Source: a virus
Taxonomy: Duplodnaviria > Caudoviricetes
Reading direction: 5' to 3' (one strand)
Virus record (IMG/VR): IMGVR_UViG_3300012210_000001
Location: 1-58,965 of that record
DNA: 58,965 bases
The notes beneath the pieces are model-generated. The model ran no database searches. It saw only the letters and a list, made by a program, of their open reading frames with translations, and was not told the DNA's origin. Below, piece after piece: positions 9,565 through 18,781 of the stretch. The stretch's first letter is position 1. Each line of letters opens with the position of its first letter. A program made the translations under genes and the position numbers.

Positions 9565-10179
9565 TTCATTTCTTTCTTCTTCTTGACTACCTTATATTGA
9601 AGTGGTTGAGCCTGAATGGTTTGAATGTCTAGGTTCAGATGATCGTATAGAAGTTTTAGTTTATTAAATTGTTTATCAACATATTTTTCTTCAACAAAAA
9701 CGCCTGTCTGCCAGGAATGATGTATAGTTTTAGACTCTTCAATATCCAGATATTCTTCAATCTTTCTTTTAAACTCATTTAGTTTCTTTTCAACTAAATT
9801 CTTATCAATGGAATCATTATTTTCTCGAAAAGTATTGTCATGAAGATCATTAATATCATAATGTCTTAAATCAAAATGTGAATCTAACCCCATCTTATGG
9901 GCTAAATTATTAATTACGGCAAATACTAAATTATGATTATCATTTATCCTAGCATTTGACCTATCTATTTCATGAATCAATATTAATGTTGTAATTATAA
10001 ACATAACAAGAAGTGCCGATATTATGATACAAAATATAATCATTTCTCTAATTCCTCTTTCTTAACCAATTCAACACTTGACGGAGAATTCCTAAACTCC
10101 ACGCCTAAATAATCTAATAATATTTTAAGCTTATTTGGTTTAGGATGTTTAAATTTCTTAATGCGAATTTTCTTTATTG

Positions 10180-10560
10180 TCATTTCTTATCGCCCTTATC
10201 ATCCAATTTCCGCTTAATATATTGATCATACCCATCAATCGTATCATTAATGGACTGCAATAATTTAGGTGGTAAGTCTTGAATTTGCTTATTATTGACT
10301 ATTTTGGGAAGGGCATAGATGAGCATAGCATCTTGTTTAGATGGCGTGAGAGTCCCTATCACAGTGGCAACGATGGCAATTATTCCAGTTCTATAAACAA
10401 ACTTAATGGTATTTTTACAATATACAGTATCATCTATCTGCTCAAAAACTCTAATTGTAAAAAATATAAAAGAAAATATACCGAATAAAAGAGCTATTAG
10501 TATCGAAGCAGTACTAATATTATCCAATATACTAAATAAATAAATCAACCATGCTGACAT
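10180..10560 (-). CDS. Phage membrane protein
   Basis: Two hydrophobic segments followed by a PSK motif. Confidence 0.65.
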   Translation of the reverse strand: MSAWLIYLFSILDNISTASILIALLFGIFSFIFFTIRVFEQIDDTVYCKNTIKFVYRTGIIAIVATVIGTLTPSKQDAMLIYALPKIVNNKQIQDLPPKLLQSINDTIDGYDQYIKRKLDDKGDKK

Positions 10561-11073
10561 AATGACCTCTCAGATTAAATCTGCTCCCATTGCTGAGAGC
10601 AGTTAGAATTATTTGGACTTTTTAGCTTTTGCTTTTTTGGGCGTATTTTTCTTATGTTGTTCTAATTTCAGAATCTTATCTAATCGGAATGTTTTGGCGG
10701 TTGGCTTTAAAAGCTTGTTCTGAATTAATGTAGTAGCTAGTTTCTTAAATTTATTAACAGATAGTTCCAATTCACTAACGATTAATACTCCCTTTGGAGC
10801 AATAGGCATTTCACCACCTTTAAAATTCAAAATAGTACCCGGAGATAAATTTACTTCATATCCATCTAAATAAGTCGTCAAATCTTTATAAATAACACCA
10901 ATAACTTTCTTGCTCATATTGTCTCTCTCATAATAAAAAATAAACCTATTTATCTCTATAGCAGAAATAAATAAACCCAGCGGTCATGGCTGACCCTAAT
11001 AAGTAACCAATTAATATGTTGGTCATATTCAGATAGTATGATAGTTTTGTATATATGTCAATGTTTTAGTGAA

Positions 11074-11442
11074 TTATTTTCTAGATGGTAATAAATCTTT
11101 CAATTTTTCATTTAATCTATCTTCTGGATAAGAATGTACATCGCGAGAAGAACAATAGGCTTTTTGAGCCGTGTAATATCCGTTAGGATGCATTTTTGTA
11201 TCTTCTAGTTTATGTTGTGATGCTTCCATTTCCTGAATAAGCCGATTCAAATACCAGACAGCTTTCTTATAATCCTTTAAAGCATTCTCCTTGAACGGCC
11301 CACGTGAAATATATTTAAGGGCTGTTAAGCGCAAATGACCGATGAATTCCTCATGACTTGATTTGGCTTTCATGACATCAATGACCTCAATACCGCCTAC
11401 GGTATAATGATCAGGATGGTTAATAGGGTCATGATCTTTCAT
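11074..11442 (-). CDS. DUF3310 family protein
   Basis: DPINHPDHYT.GGIEVID...ALKYISR...DYKKAVWYL. Confidence 0.85.
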   Translation of the reverse strand: MKDHDPINHPDHYTVGGIEVIDVMKAKSSHEEFIGHLRLTALKYISRGPFKENALKDYKKAVWYLNRLIQEMEASQHKLEDTKMHPNGYYTAQKAYCSSRDVHSYPEDRLNEKLKDLLPSRK

Positions 11443-11653
11443 CTAAACACTCCAATCATGTTGATTAGAACACATATACCGTGTCACTGGAGCCAACTTA
11501 ATGGGCTTCAATTGTGTTCTAGTTTCGCATTGATAGGTCAAATATTCAAGCTTTTTATTCAATTCTCTATAAGCTTCTTCATATTCTTTATTAATGACTT
11601 TGCATATTCCTTTGAAGACCTTTCCAGCGTGATCGCATTGTTGACATTGCATA

Positions 11654-11845
11654 TTAGCTTACTCCTTTATTGGCTAAAACTGCCGCTATACCCATTATAA
11701 TTATTGCGATTAAGAATGCCGCTATTCCAATCCACATTGGAATGAATACTAACCACCATGACCAAAGTGCTATTTTAGTAATTCCGGCTAGTTTTAGAAT
11801 AATAAACACCATAAGAAATAATGTAAGTGGAGTGCCAAATTTCAT
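11654..11845 (-). CDS. Small 2-TM phage membrane protein
   Basis: FIILKLAG..WSWWLVFIPMW motif. Confidence 0.7.
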   Translation of the reverse strand: MKFGTPLTLFLMVFIILKLAGITKIALWSWWLVFIPMWIGIAAFLIAIIIMGIAAVLANKGVS

Positions 11846-13048
11846 TTAGATTATCCTATTAATAAGTTATTTTATAAAAAATCAATGACCTTCATAATCT
11901 TTTCATCCAGAAAAGCGACATCGTAGATATCCACATAATGATCATAATCCCCCGAATATCCAATGAATCGGTATAGCATTAAGTCATCTTCATTCATATT
12001 GAAATAATCATTGCTCCTCATTCTCTGCCTCTTCTTTAATTCTCTGTATTCGATCTTTCATACGATTACTGACCCACTCTTGTAATTCATCGGGATCCCG
12101 TCTCTTAAGATTATCCGGCAGAACATTATCTACAAAAGTAGGCCAATCTAAGGGACTGGTAAATGTATCAATCATGCTTATTCTTATCCTCTAATTCTGT
12201 GAGCCGTTCGATGATTTTCGATTGATGATGAATATACACTTCTTCATGCGCATCGAATTTCTTCTTAGTATGGTCAGCTTTTTCAGTCCATATCTGAATA
12301 TCACCTTTGACGTGAAGTTGATAACTTTCCAAGCGAATTGTTAAATCTCTGAGCTTACTTTCTATATTCTTCTGCCATTGTTTTTCAAAGCAATGCATGA
12401 AAATAAGCCCAATAAACGCCAATAATCCGGCAATACCGCACATAATTTCTAGAATTTCCATCATCATTTCTCTGCTTTTGGTTTTTTAACTTTGACACTC
12501 TTTGATTTAGGGGCCGCTTCTTTCTTAGGAGAAGATTCACAACCTATTAAATGTAAATAGTTTTGCCTAAACTCTCTGAATTCTTTCTGTAATAATTCTA
12601 ATTGAGACATTTGTGATTATAATCTCAATATCCCATTCTCAATTTCTTTTTGTTTAAGAATAAGATTGTTGCATTTGGAATCTATAATTAAGCGTGAATC
12701 ATACATTAACTTAATAATTTGATCCAAATGAATAAAATTATGAAATATACTCTTAATTTTTTTTAGCATGTTTCTTTCTCTTCCCCATATCCTCTAGCTT
12801 TGATTCAATAACTAACAATCGGTTTTCCAATTCAATGGCAAGCTGGTCAATTCCATCGCTTAAAGCATCTATTTTACTGGATGTCAGTGTGCGTATGAGT
12901 TGATCGGGCGAATGGCTATTTGTCCGTAATATTCTGTCATTTAGTTCTTTGAAGATCATCTTCATTGTTTTTCGGATCATAATTTACTCTGTATCAATCT
13001 ATAATCCGGTCATAATATTATAGTTTGATCAAAAAGTAAAGCATAAAT

Positions 13049-13101
13049 TGCATAAATAATTTCATAATGGCGTTTACTTTTGGACTATAATGCGATAGAG
13101 T
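13049..13101 (+). promoter_or_regulatory. Sigma70-type promoter of the RNA array, with upstream TGCATAAATAATTTC motif
   Basis: TTTACT (13073) - 17 nt - TAGAGT (13096); the 15-mer motif sits at 13049-13063. Confidence 0.6.
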
Positions 13102-13105
13102 AAGG

Positions 13106-13171
13106 AATGTCACATTCCCAATGGCTATAATTATAATTGTAATCATAACCCCTCCATTGGGAATGGACATT
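13106..13171 (+). ncRNA. Long hairpin at the start of the RNA array
   Basis: aatgtc-a-cattcccaatgg pairs with ccattgggaatg-gacatt: 18 bp with one bulge and a 29-nt loop. Confidence 0.5.
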
Positions 13172-13182
13172 AATTTAAGAAC

Positions 13183-13260
13183 GGGGTGGCATACGGGTGG
13201 TGACGTATTATTGGCTGAACTAGTGTAGGCGATAAGCAGAGTTCGATTCTCTGGCCCCCA
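13183..13260 (+). ncRNA. Degenerate tRNA-like RNA
   Basis: Intact T-arm CAGAG-TTCGATT-CTCTG, D-like arm ATACG/CGTAT, shortened GGGGT/GCCCC acceptor and an irregular anticodon arm. Confidence 0.55.
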
Positions 13261-13265
13261 GAATT

Positions 13266-13339
13266 GTCCCTCTGGCGGAATTGGTATACGCGGTTGGCTT
13301 AGACCCAGCTTATTAGGAGTTCGAGTCTCCTGGGGGATA
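13266..13339 (+). tRNA. tRNA-Leu(TAG) with short variable loop
   Basis: Acceptor GTCCCTC/GGGGGAT, Leu-type D arm GCGGAATTGGTATACGC, arm GTTGG-CTTAGAC-CCAGC, 5-nt variable loop, T arm AGGAG-TTCGAGT-CTCCT, A73. Confidence 0.85.
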
Positions 13340-13348
13340 TTTATATAA

Positions 13349-13387
13349 GGGCGGTTATAGTTGGTTAAAGCCCAATGCCGTCCACCA
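13349..13387 (+). ncRNA. 39-nt tRNA minihelix with alanine identity elements and encoded CCA
   Basis: GGGCGGT-TATA-GTTGG-TTAAAGC-CCAAT-GCCGTCC-A-CCA: 7-bp acceptor with G3:U70, 5-bp stem and 7-nt loop T-like arm. Confidence 0.65.
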
Positions 13388-13410
13388 AATCTATAATGGA
13401 GAACATTAAA

Positions 13411-13689
13411 ATGCCTATATTTAAAATAGATCAGGAAAAAAAACCTCTTAATCCTATAGTTACTATCACGACAGAATTATACAAAGATGGTTCAGTCGAA
13501 ATAATGGCTACATTAGATGGAGAATCTGCTCCATTATTTCTAATATATCCAAATGGCACATGGCGAACACGAAGTGGTGGACTAGCTTATACTTCATTAT
13601 TATTAGAAATGGGTTTTCAATTGGATAGTAATCGCCAATTACAAGCCATCAATGTGGATGGCAAGAAAATTGATGTTCCTTCAATGTAG
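13411..13689 (+). CDS. Hypothetical protein
   Basis: ORF track start 13375 moved to ATG 13411, which follows a GGAG RBS. Confidence 0.6.
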   Translation: MPIFKIDQEKKPLNPIVTITTELYKDGSVEIMATLDGESAPLFLIYPNGTWRTRSGGLAYTSLLLEMGFQLDSNRQLQAINVDGKKIDVPSM

Positions 13690-13700
13690 GAGATAGCCCA

Positions 13701-13928
13701 ATGACAGTTCATTGGATTTGCGAAGAATGCGCCCTTTTAGGCGGTGGTAAGATGCCTGAGAATCATCTAGCAGCGTGGCATCTAGGCAAATGTGATGCAT
13801 GTGATCAAAAAAAGACCGTTACTGAACCCCGTGATTTTGGCTATCCAAAGATTATTAGAAATCGCCGATTACAGTTTGCACAAAGTTTTAGCGGGGGTGA
13901 TAATGATGAGGATCGGATTAAAGTATAA
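13701..13928 (+). CDS. Small Zn-finger hypothetical protein
   Basis: CxxC...H..CxxC...TEPRDFGYP; AGGAG RBS. Confidence 0.65.
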   Translation: MTVHWICEECALLGGGKMPENHLAAWHLGKCDACDQKKTVTEPRDFGYPKIIRNRRLQFAQSFSGGDNDEDRIKV

Positions 13929-14125
13929 TTCTAGTTCTTTTCATTCTTTAATCTCTCTTCAATAAATTTTATCTTTAGCATTATAACAGCTAATTCTGCT
14001 GTCCGACACTCATTCTTCTCACACAAAAAATGCGGACATAGTGATTTATCTGCTCTCAGATAAATCTCTTTGAGCTGAAGTCTTTTCAATTGCCATTTAT
14101 AATAAAATTTCATTATTCCCTCCCA

Positions 14126-14362
14126 TTATGTTTCAACCATAGGCCCCTTCTCTTCTTTATAGTCAGTCCCCGGAATGCAGCCTTCGTTCTCATCGAGTAT
14201 TCTCCAGAATACCTCTTCTCGATGAATAGCTACGCTCTTAGGTGCTTCTATTCCCAATCTGACTTGATTGCCTTTAACCCCCAATATTTGCATTTTACTG
14301 AGACTCCCATCGGGTAGAATCTGATAAATAGATTCCCCAATGCGCCGGGTTAATACAAGCAT
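14126..14362 (-). CDS. csrA: Carbon storage regulator CsrA/RsmA homologue
   Basis: [12 protein letters not shown]...[23 protein letters not shown] is a near-consensus CsrA sequence. Confidence 0.93.
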   Translation of the reverse strand: MLVLTRRIGESIYQILPDGSLSKMQILGVKGNQVRLGIEAPKSVAIHREEVFWRILDENEGCIPGTDYKEEKGPMVET

Positions 14363-15328
14363 TTAAATCTCCTGCTGACTGAGTTGAGTATCCATTCTTT
14401 CAGAAGATGCTATGGTAGGTGGCAACTTCTTCTCTTTTCTTCCTTTCAATGCGGCAATCCAATGATCCAAATCAGCATAACTCATTTCTTCTAATGAGGC
14501 ACAACCCTTCATTTCACACCCTTTTAAAATACTTAATTGAGGAATCATTAATTCATTCGCCAATTCTTTTAAAAGGCTGACTTGGTCAGCGGTTGCTTTT
14601 ATAACGGGTGCTGAAATAGGTGTCTGAATCGGTGTTCCTTCATTTAGCCAGTCAATCAATTCTTTTCCAAAGGCTATGCCGGGTTTCGTGAAAAGCTTAT
14701 CTTGAAAGCGTCCGGTTCTGTCTTTAATCACTTCGCCCACATGATCAACAGAAATCTCCATCAATAAATCGAATTCGTATTCAATTCCTTTACCTTGCTC
14801 TGGCGCAAGCCCAACGCGCACTGGCTTTGTCTTTCCACTATTACCTTGTTCCGTGAGCCAATCTGTCTTCGCCCGTATCGTGCAAATAATATGGCCGTCA
14901 AAGTCTAATATAGCCTCAATTAATCTCTTCTGCATGGGCGTACCTTCTGACCAGGCACTCCAGCTATTGCCTTTAAATTTGCTCTTGGTTAAAACGGCTA
15001 CCTCATCCAGAATTGCTTGCCATGCATGACTGAGCGAATCAATAATGAGCACCGAATATTTTGCTTGTGTCGCCATTTTAATGGTAGCAATATAATTATC
15101 AATGGTTGGCACTCTTAAATCTATCGTTTGAAACTTAAAGATAGGTTCTTCTTTTCGATTTGCATATTTACTAGCGCTTTTATGTTCAGTATCAATCAGT
15201 AAAATTCGATCACTCATACCATGCGCAATAGCCAAAGCAGTAAAAGTTTTACCCGCCCCGGATGGACCATAAATAGCACATCTTAGCTTTGATTGACTTT
15301 TCGTTGCTTCTTCAATTTGAAATTTCAT
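14363..15328 (-). CDS. AAA ATPase, Sak4-like single-strand-annealing recombinase
   Basis: Walker A GPSGAGKT, IDTE, Walker B LIIDSLSHAW, EYEFD, KDRT. Confidence 0.85.
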   Translation of the reverse strand: MKFQIEEATKSQSKLRCAIYGPSGAGKTFTALAIAHGMSDRILLIDTEHKSASKYANRKEEPIFKFQTIDLRVPTIDNYIATIKMATQAKYSVLIIDSLSHAWQAILDEVAVLTKSKFKGNSWSAWSEGTPMQKRLIEAILDFDGHIICTIRAKTDWLTEQGNSGKTKPVRVGLAPEQGKGIEYEFDLLMEISVDHVGEVIKDRTGRFQDKLFTKPGIAFGKELIDWLNEGTPIQTPISAPVIKATADQVSLLKELANELMIPQLSILKGCEMKGCASLEEMSYADLDHWIAALKGRKEKKLPPTIASSERMDTQLSQQEI

Positions 15329-15339
15329 AAATATACTCC

Positions 15340-16044
15340 TTAATGACATTCATTTAATAATTCGATTAATTTAGCCGCTTGTGCTATTCTGATTCTTTCT
15401 CTAGCATAAGCAGCATCAGCATCAGCAGCATAAGCAGCAGCAGCAGCAGCAGCATCAGCAGCAGCATCAGCAGCAGCATCAGCAGCATCAGCAGCATCAG
15501 CAGCAGCATCAGCAGCATAAGCATAAGCATAAGCATAAGCATAAGCAGGAGCAGATTTTCGGGCTTCCAACCATTCTTGAGTGGAAATTATTCTGTTTTG
15601 AGAATATAAATCTGCAATTTTCTGAATTGCATTTCTATTCATATTTGTTCTTGCATACTGAATAACTCCATATTCTTTATTTATTAATAGCCATATCGCA
15701 AATTTAGGCCAAACTGTCTTTAAAATAGCGCCCACATGAATTGCGGATAAGAATTGTCCGGGCCAAAGCTTGGCATGGTCTAATGGTAATCCTTCAAATA
15801 TTCCGTCTTCTAGTCTTGCTAATAGTCTTGGAATACCTAGTTGAATTTCATATTGAGCATGAATTGAACCAGAACAATCATTCTGCCCCATGTCAAGAGT
15901 GCATCCAACTGCACAGCCTTTTCCATTTTCCCAATAGAAACCCTTTTTAATCTCATCTGCTATTCTATGCCCTTCGACACGTGCCAAAAATTTATCTTTA
16001 ATAGCTTGATCGTTATGATAAGCCCTCAAATTTTCCATAATCAT
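15340..16044 (-). CDS. Phage protein with an Ala/Asp/Tyr low-complexity tract
   Basis: N-terminal GCAVGC motif; AYAYAY-AADAA repeat tract near the C-terminus. Confidence 0.8.
   Translation of the reverse strand: MIMENLRAYHNDQAIKDKFLARVEGHRIADEIKKGFYWENGKGCAVGCTLDMGQNDCSGSIHAQYEIQLGIPRLLARLEDGIFEGLPLDHAKLWPGQFLSAIHVGAILKTVWPKFAIWLLINKEYGVIQYARTNMNRNAIQKIADLYSQNRIISTQEWLEARKSAPAYAYAYAYAYAADAAADAADAADAAADAAADAAAAAAAYAADADAAYARERIRIAQAAKLIELLNECH
15403..15552. repeat. Coding microsatellite of GCT/GAT/TAT codons
   Basis: Runs of agc/agcatc/agcata units on the + strand. Confidence 0.95.
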
Positions 16045-16637
16045 TCCTCCAAAAGTTGTTGAATCGTTTCATCACTGGAGACATTGAATTGATTCCATGC
16101 CTCCACTAATCCATAATTATCTGCAAATTCATCAATGCGCCGTCTTAATTCTCTGAGTTCATTTTCAGTTTGTATATGTTCATAATCAGCGACACTTAAT
16201 CCTGCTTTTATTTCACTCATCATGCCTTGTTGATGGCGAATGACTTCGATTAATGTTTGAATGTCTTTATTTTCCATTGGCTTCCTCCTTGAGTTTTTTT
16301 AATTTTTTATCAATCCATTTACGGGTTGCCGGATATTTAAGACAATATACATATGATTCAATTATGGTAACACCAAAATCTAAAGCATTGGAAAGATTAA
16401 TTAAATGCTTTATATCTTCTTCTATTTCTTGCTGCTTATCAATAAATAATTCAAATTTACTGTGTATGAATGAATCAAGGGACCGTGAAGAAGGTTCCCA
16501 TGAACCTTCGGTTTGCTCTTTCTCGTTATAATATAATTTATCATTCATTATTTTATATAAATATTCATAATTTCGTGTCGGTTCTTTCTCTACTAGAATA
16601 ATACCTTTATATAATTCTGGAAGTGCTTCAATTAAAT

Positions 16638-17072
16638 TCATTTGTCTTCTCCTAATAATTCAGGGTTTTGGTAGATATTGCCGATTATTTCGCAGTAATC
16701 AATAAATTGAAATATTCCTACCATTTCACCATCATCAGTTAATTCTAATATTTCTCCATTATCGCATAATAATAAAAATGATGCTTCTTTATAGATTATT
16801 TGGCAAATATATATTTCCGGCTCCTTAAGAAGTGTTCCTGGCCCAAAAGATATTTTAACAATATCCCCTTCACACAATTCTACTCCATTAATATCTTTGC
16901 AGTCTTCGCCGAGATATTGCATGATCTCACATTCAGATAATGTAAATATCAAAGCTCTTTCGGCAACAATAATATATTGACCAGATAATTGGGATGCTAA
17001 TATATCAGTTAATGTAAAGTCTGAAATAATTTTTAATTCTTTATGCCACGCCCTAAATTTAAACTGTCTCAT
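16638..17072 (-). CDS. YopX family protein
   Basis: KFRAWHK...IMQY.G..DING.E.CEGDIV...EIIGNIYQNPELL. Confidence 0.88.
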   Translation of the reverse strand: MRQFKFRAWHKELKIISDFTLTDILASQLSGQYIIVAERALIFTLSECEIMQYLGEDCKDINGVELCEGDIVKISFGPGTLLKEPEIYICQIIYKEASFLLLCDNGEILELTDDGEMVGIFQFIDYCEIIGNIYQNPELLGEDK

Positions 17073-17640
17073 TTTGTCTCTCCATTTTATATTCAGTCCG
17101 AAACTCACCCGGATGCCATGACCATGGTTTTTCTTTCGCTAATGCCTCATTGAGTGCTTCAAATGCTTCTTGGACTTCTTCACTCGCACATTCTTCAAAA
17201 TACATATCTTCAGGATAAATATCCTCCCAATAATCATCTGATATTTGACTTGGCTGCACTCCTTCGCAAATAGTGAGCCTTAAATCTTCATAAGATATCT
17301 CGGGTTCCTCATCTTCTAAAAAACACTCAATCTGATCTGAATCAAAAAAATATTTATCATAAGTATCTGAATAGAGAGGCGTAATTCCATCCCATTCTTT
17401 AAAGGGTTTTTTATTGTATTTTTCTATTTTTTTCGTCTGAGAACATGGTTTGCACCATCCATATTTTACAAATATTTCTCCACATTCACATTTTCGATGC
17501 GTGCAGCCATCATATCGGGCCATGCGCTCATCTTCATTATAAAAGCATCTATTTTTGCTGACCCATCCTGTTACGGTAATAAGCTGTGCAGATTCTTCAT
17601 CCGTTTCAAAGATGATTTTATCTTGAATATTATTATTCAT
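17059..17640 (-). CDS. Conserved phage hypothetical protein (Cys motifs)
   Basis: TGWVS...ARYDGCTHRKCECG...CxxC. Confidence 0.7.
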   Translation of the reverse strand: MNNNIQDKIIFETDEESAQLITVTGWVSKNRCFYNEDERMARYDGCTHRKCECGEIFVKYGWCKPCSQTKKIEKYNKKPFKEWDGITPLYSDTYDKYFFDSDQIECFLEDEEPEISYEDLRLTICEGVQPSQISDDYWEDIYPEDMYFEECASEEVQEAFEALNEALAKEKPWSWHPGEFRTEYKMERQNETV

Positions 17641-18781
17641 AATGATCTTAGCCTCCTATCTATATCGGCCCTTATTAAAAAGCCTTCATCTGATTGTAAT
17701 TCAAACTTTTTCAATTGACGCTTTGCAATTTCTCTAATGGCTTTTGAGAAATGCAATTTATTCTTTTTTTTCTGAGTCTTCATTATCTTCCTCCTTCTCT
17801 ATTTCTTCAGAAGAAAAATAATATTCTTGATGAAGACTCATTGAAACACTGAATCTTTTGGTTTCACTATTAACTACCATTGACTTAACAATAACCACAA
17901 ACTCCTCATATTCTCCATACGGATCACCATCTCCCCATCCGTCATGAGTAAATTTCTCAATGGCCTTTTCTGCGGCATCGTCAAAATCACATGCTAAAAT
18001 AATTTCTCCATCATCTAATTCATGACCTTCTGAATCTAATGTAGTGCATAAATAACTTTCCATTAAAACTGCCCTCCTTTAATCCCTAACCAACTATATA
18101 TTTTAAACTTATCATGGTCTTTCAATGATTTTTGTTTAAACGCCTCAAGTTGCCGACACATTTGATAGTAACTGTGGTATAGAAACCCCGAGCATAGTAA
18201 GATGACAATCAGACAAACTATTTTTAATGCAATCATGCGCAATCTCCTTTCCAAAAAAGTCAGTTATAAACGTGGTCAATGAATCATCATTCAATGGTAA
18301 ATCATTGACATAAAGAAACTTAGCAAAATAAAGGTTAGCCATGTTTTTAAAAGTATTTTGGTTTCTTTTTTTCATAAGCAAATATTGTTTACCGTATAAA
18401 TATTCCATAATTTCGACCACTCTTTCATTCGTAACTTGATCCAAGCGCGGCCATTGAATTTTATTTTCGATATCTGATAATATATTCCATCCAGATTGCC
18501 AGTGAACAGTTGGGTGAATCATATTAATGATGGATGGCAGCATATATTCTTTCATGAATAACCTCTTATTTTATGAATATGTTGAGCCAAATCAGGGTGT
18601 TGATAATGCAGCATAGACCAGTACTTTCCGTACCATTCGTCATAAGCCTTGGTAATTGAATCATAAATATTGGTATGATTCTTACAGTCTTCACACCGTA
18701 AATGGTAATGAATGGGATTGATGGGATCATCGGCATATAAGCTAATAGAGGTCCCTTCGCAATCCAGGCAAGAAATATCGC

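Noticed and set aside
13183-13387. tmRNA or selC gene
   Set aside because: There is no tag reading frame, pseudoknot region or permuted arrangement, and no TCA anticodon or extended acceptor stem.
13375-13410. N-terminal extension of ORF 13375..13689 overlapping the minihelix
   Set aside because: A better start with a GGAG RBS exists at 13411, so the minihelix is probably non-coding.
15403-15552. Possible CRISPR array or non-coding tandem repeat
   Set aside because: It consists of 3-9 nt units with no unique spacers, lies in frame within a gene, and no cas genes are present.
15379-15609. Ser/Ile-rich + strand ORF
   Set aside because: It is the antisense shadow of the Ala-rich repeat.
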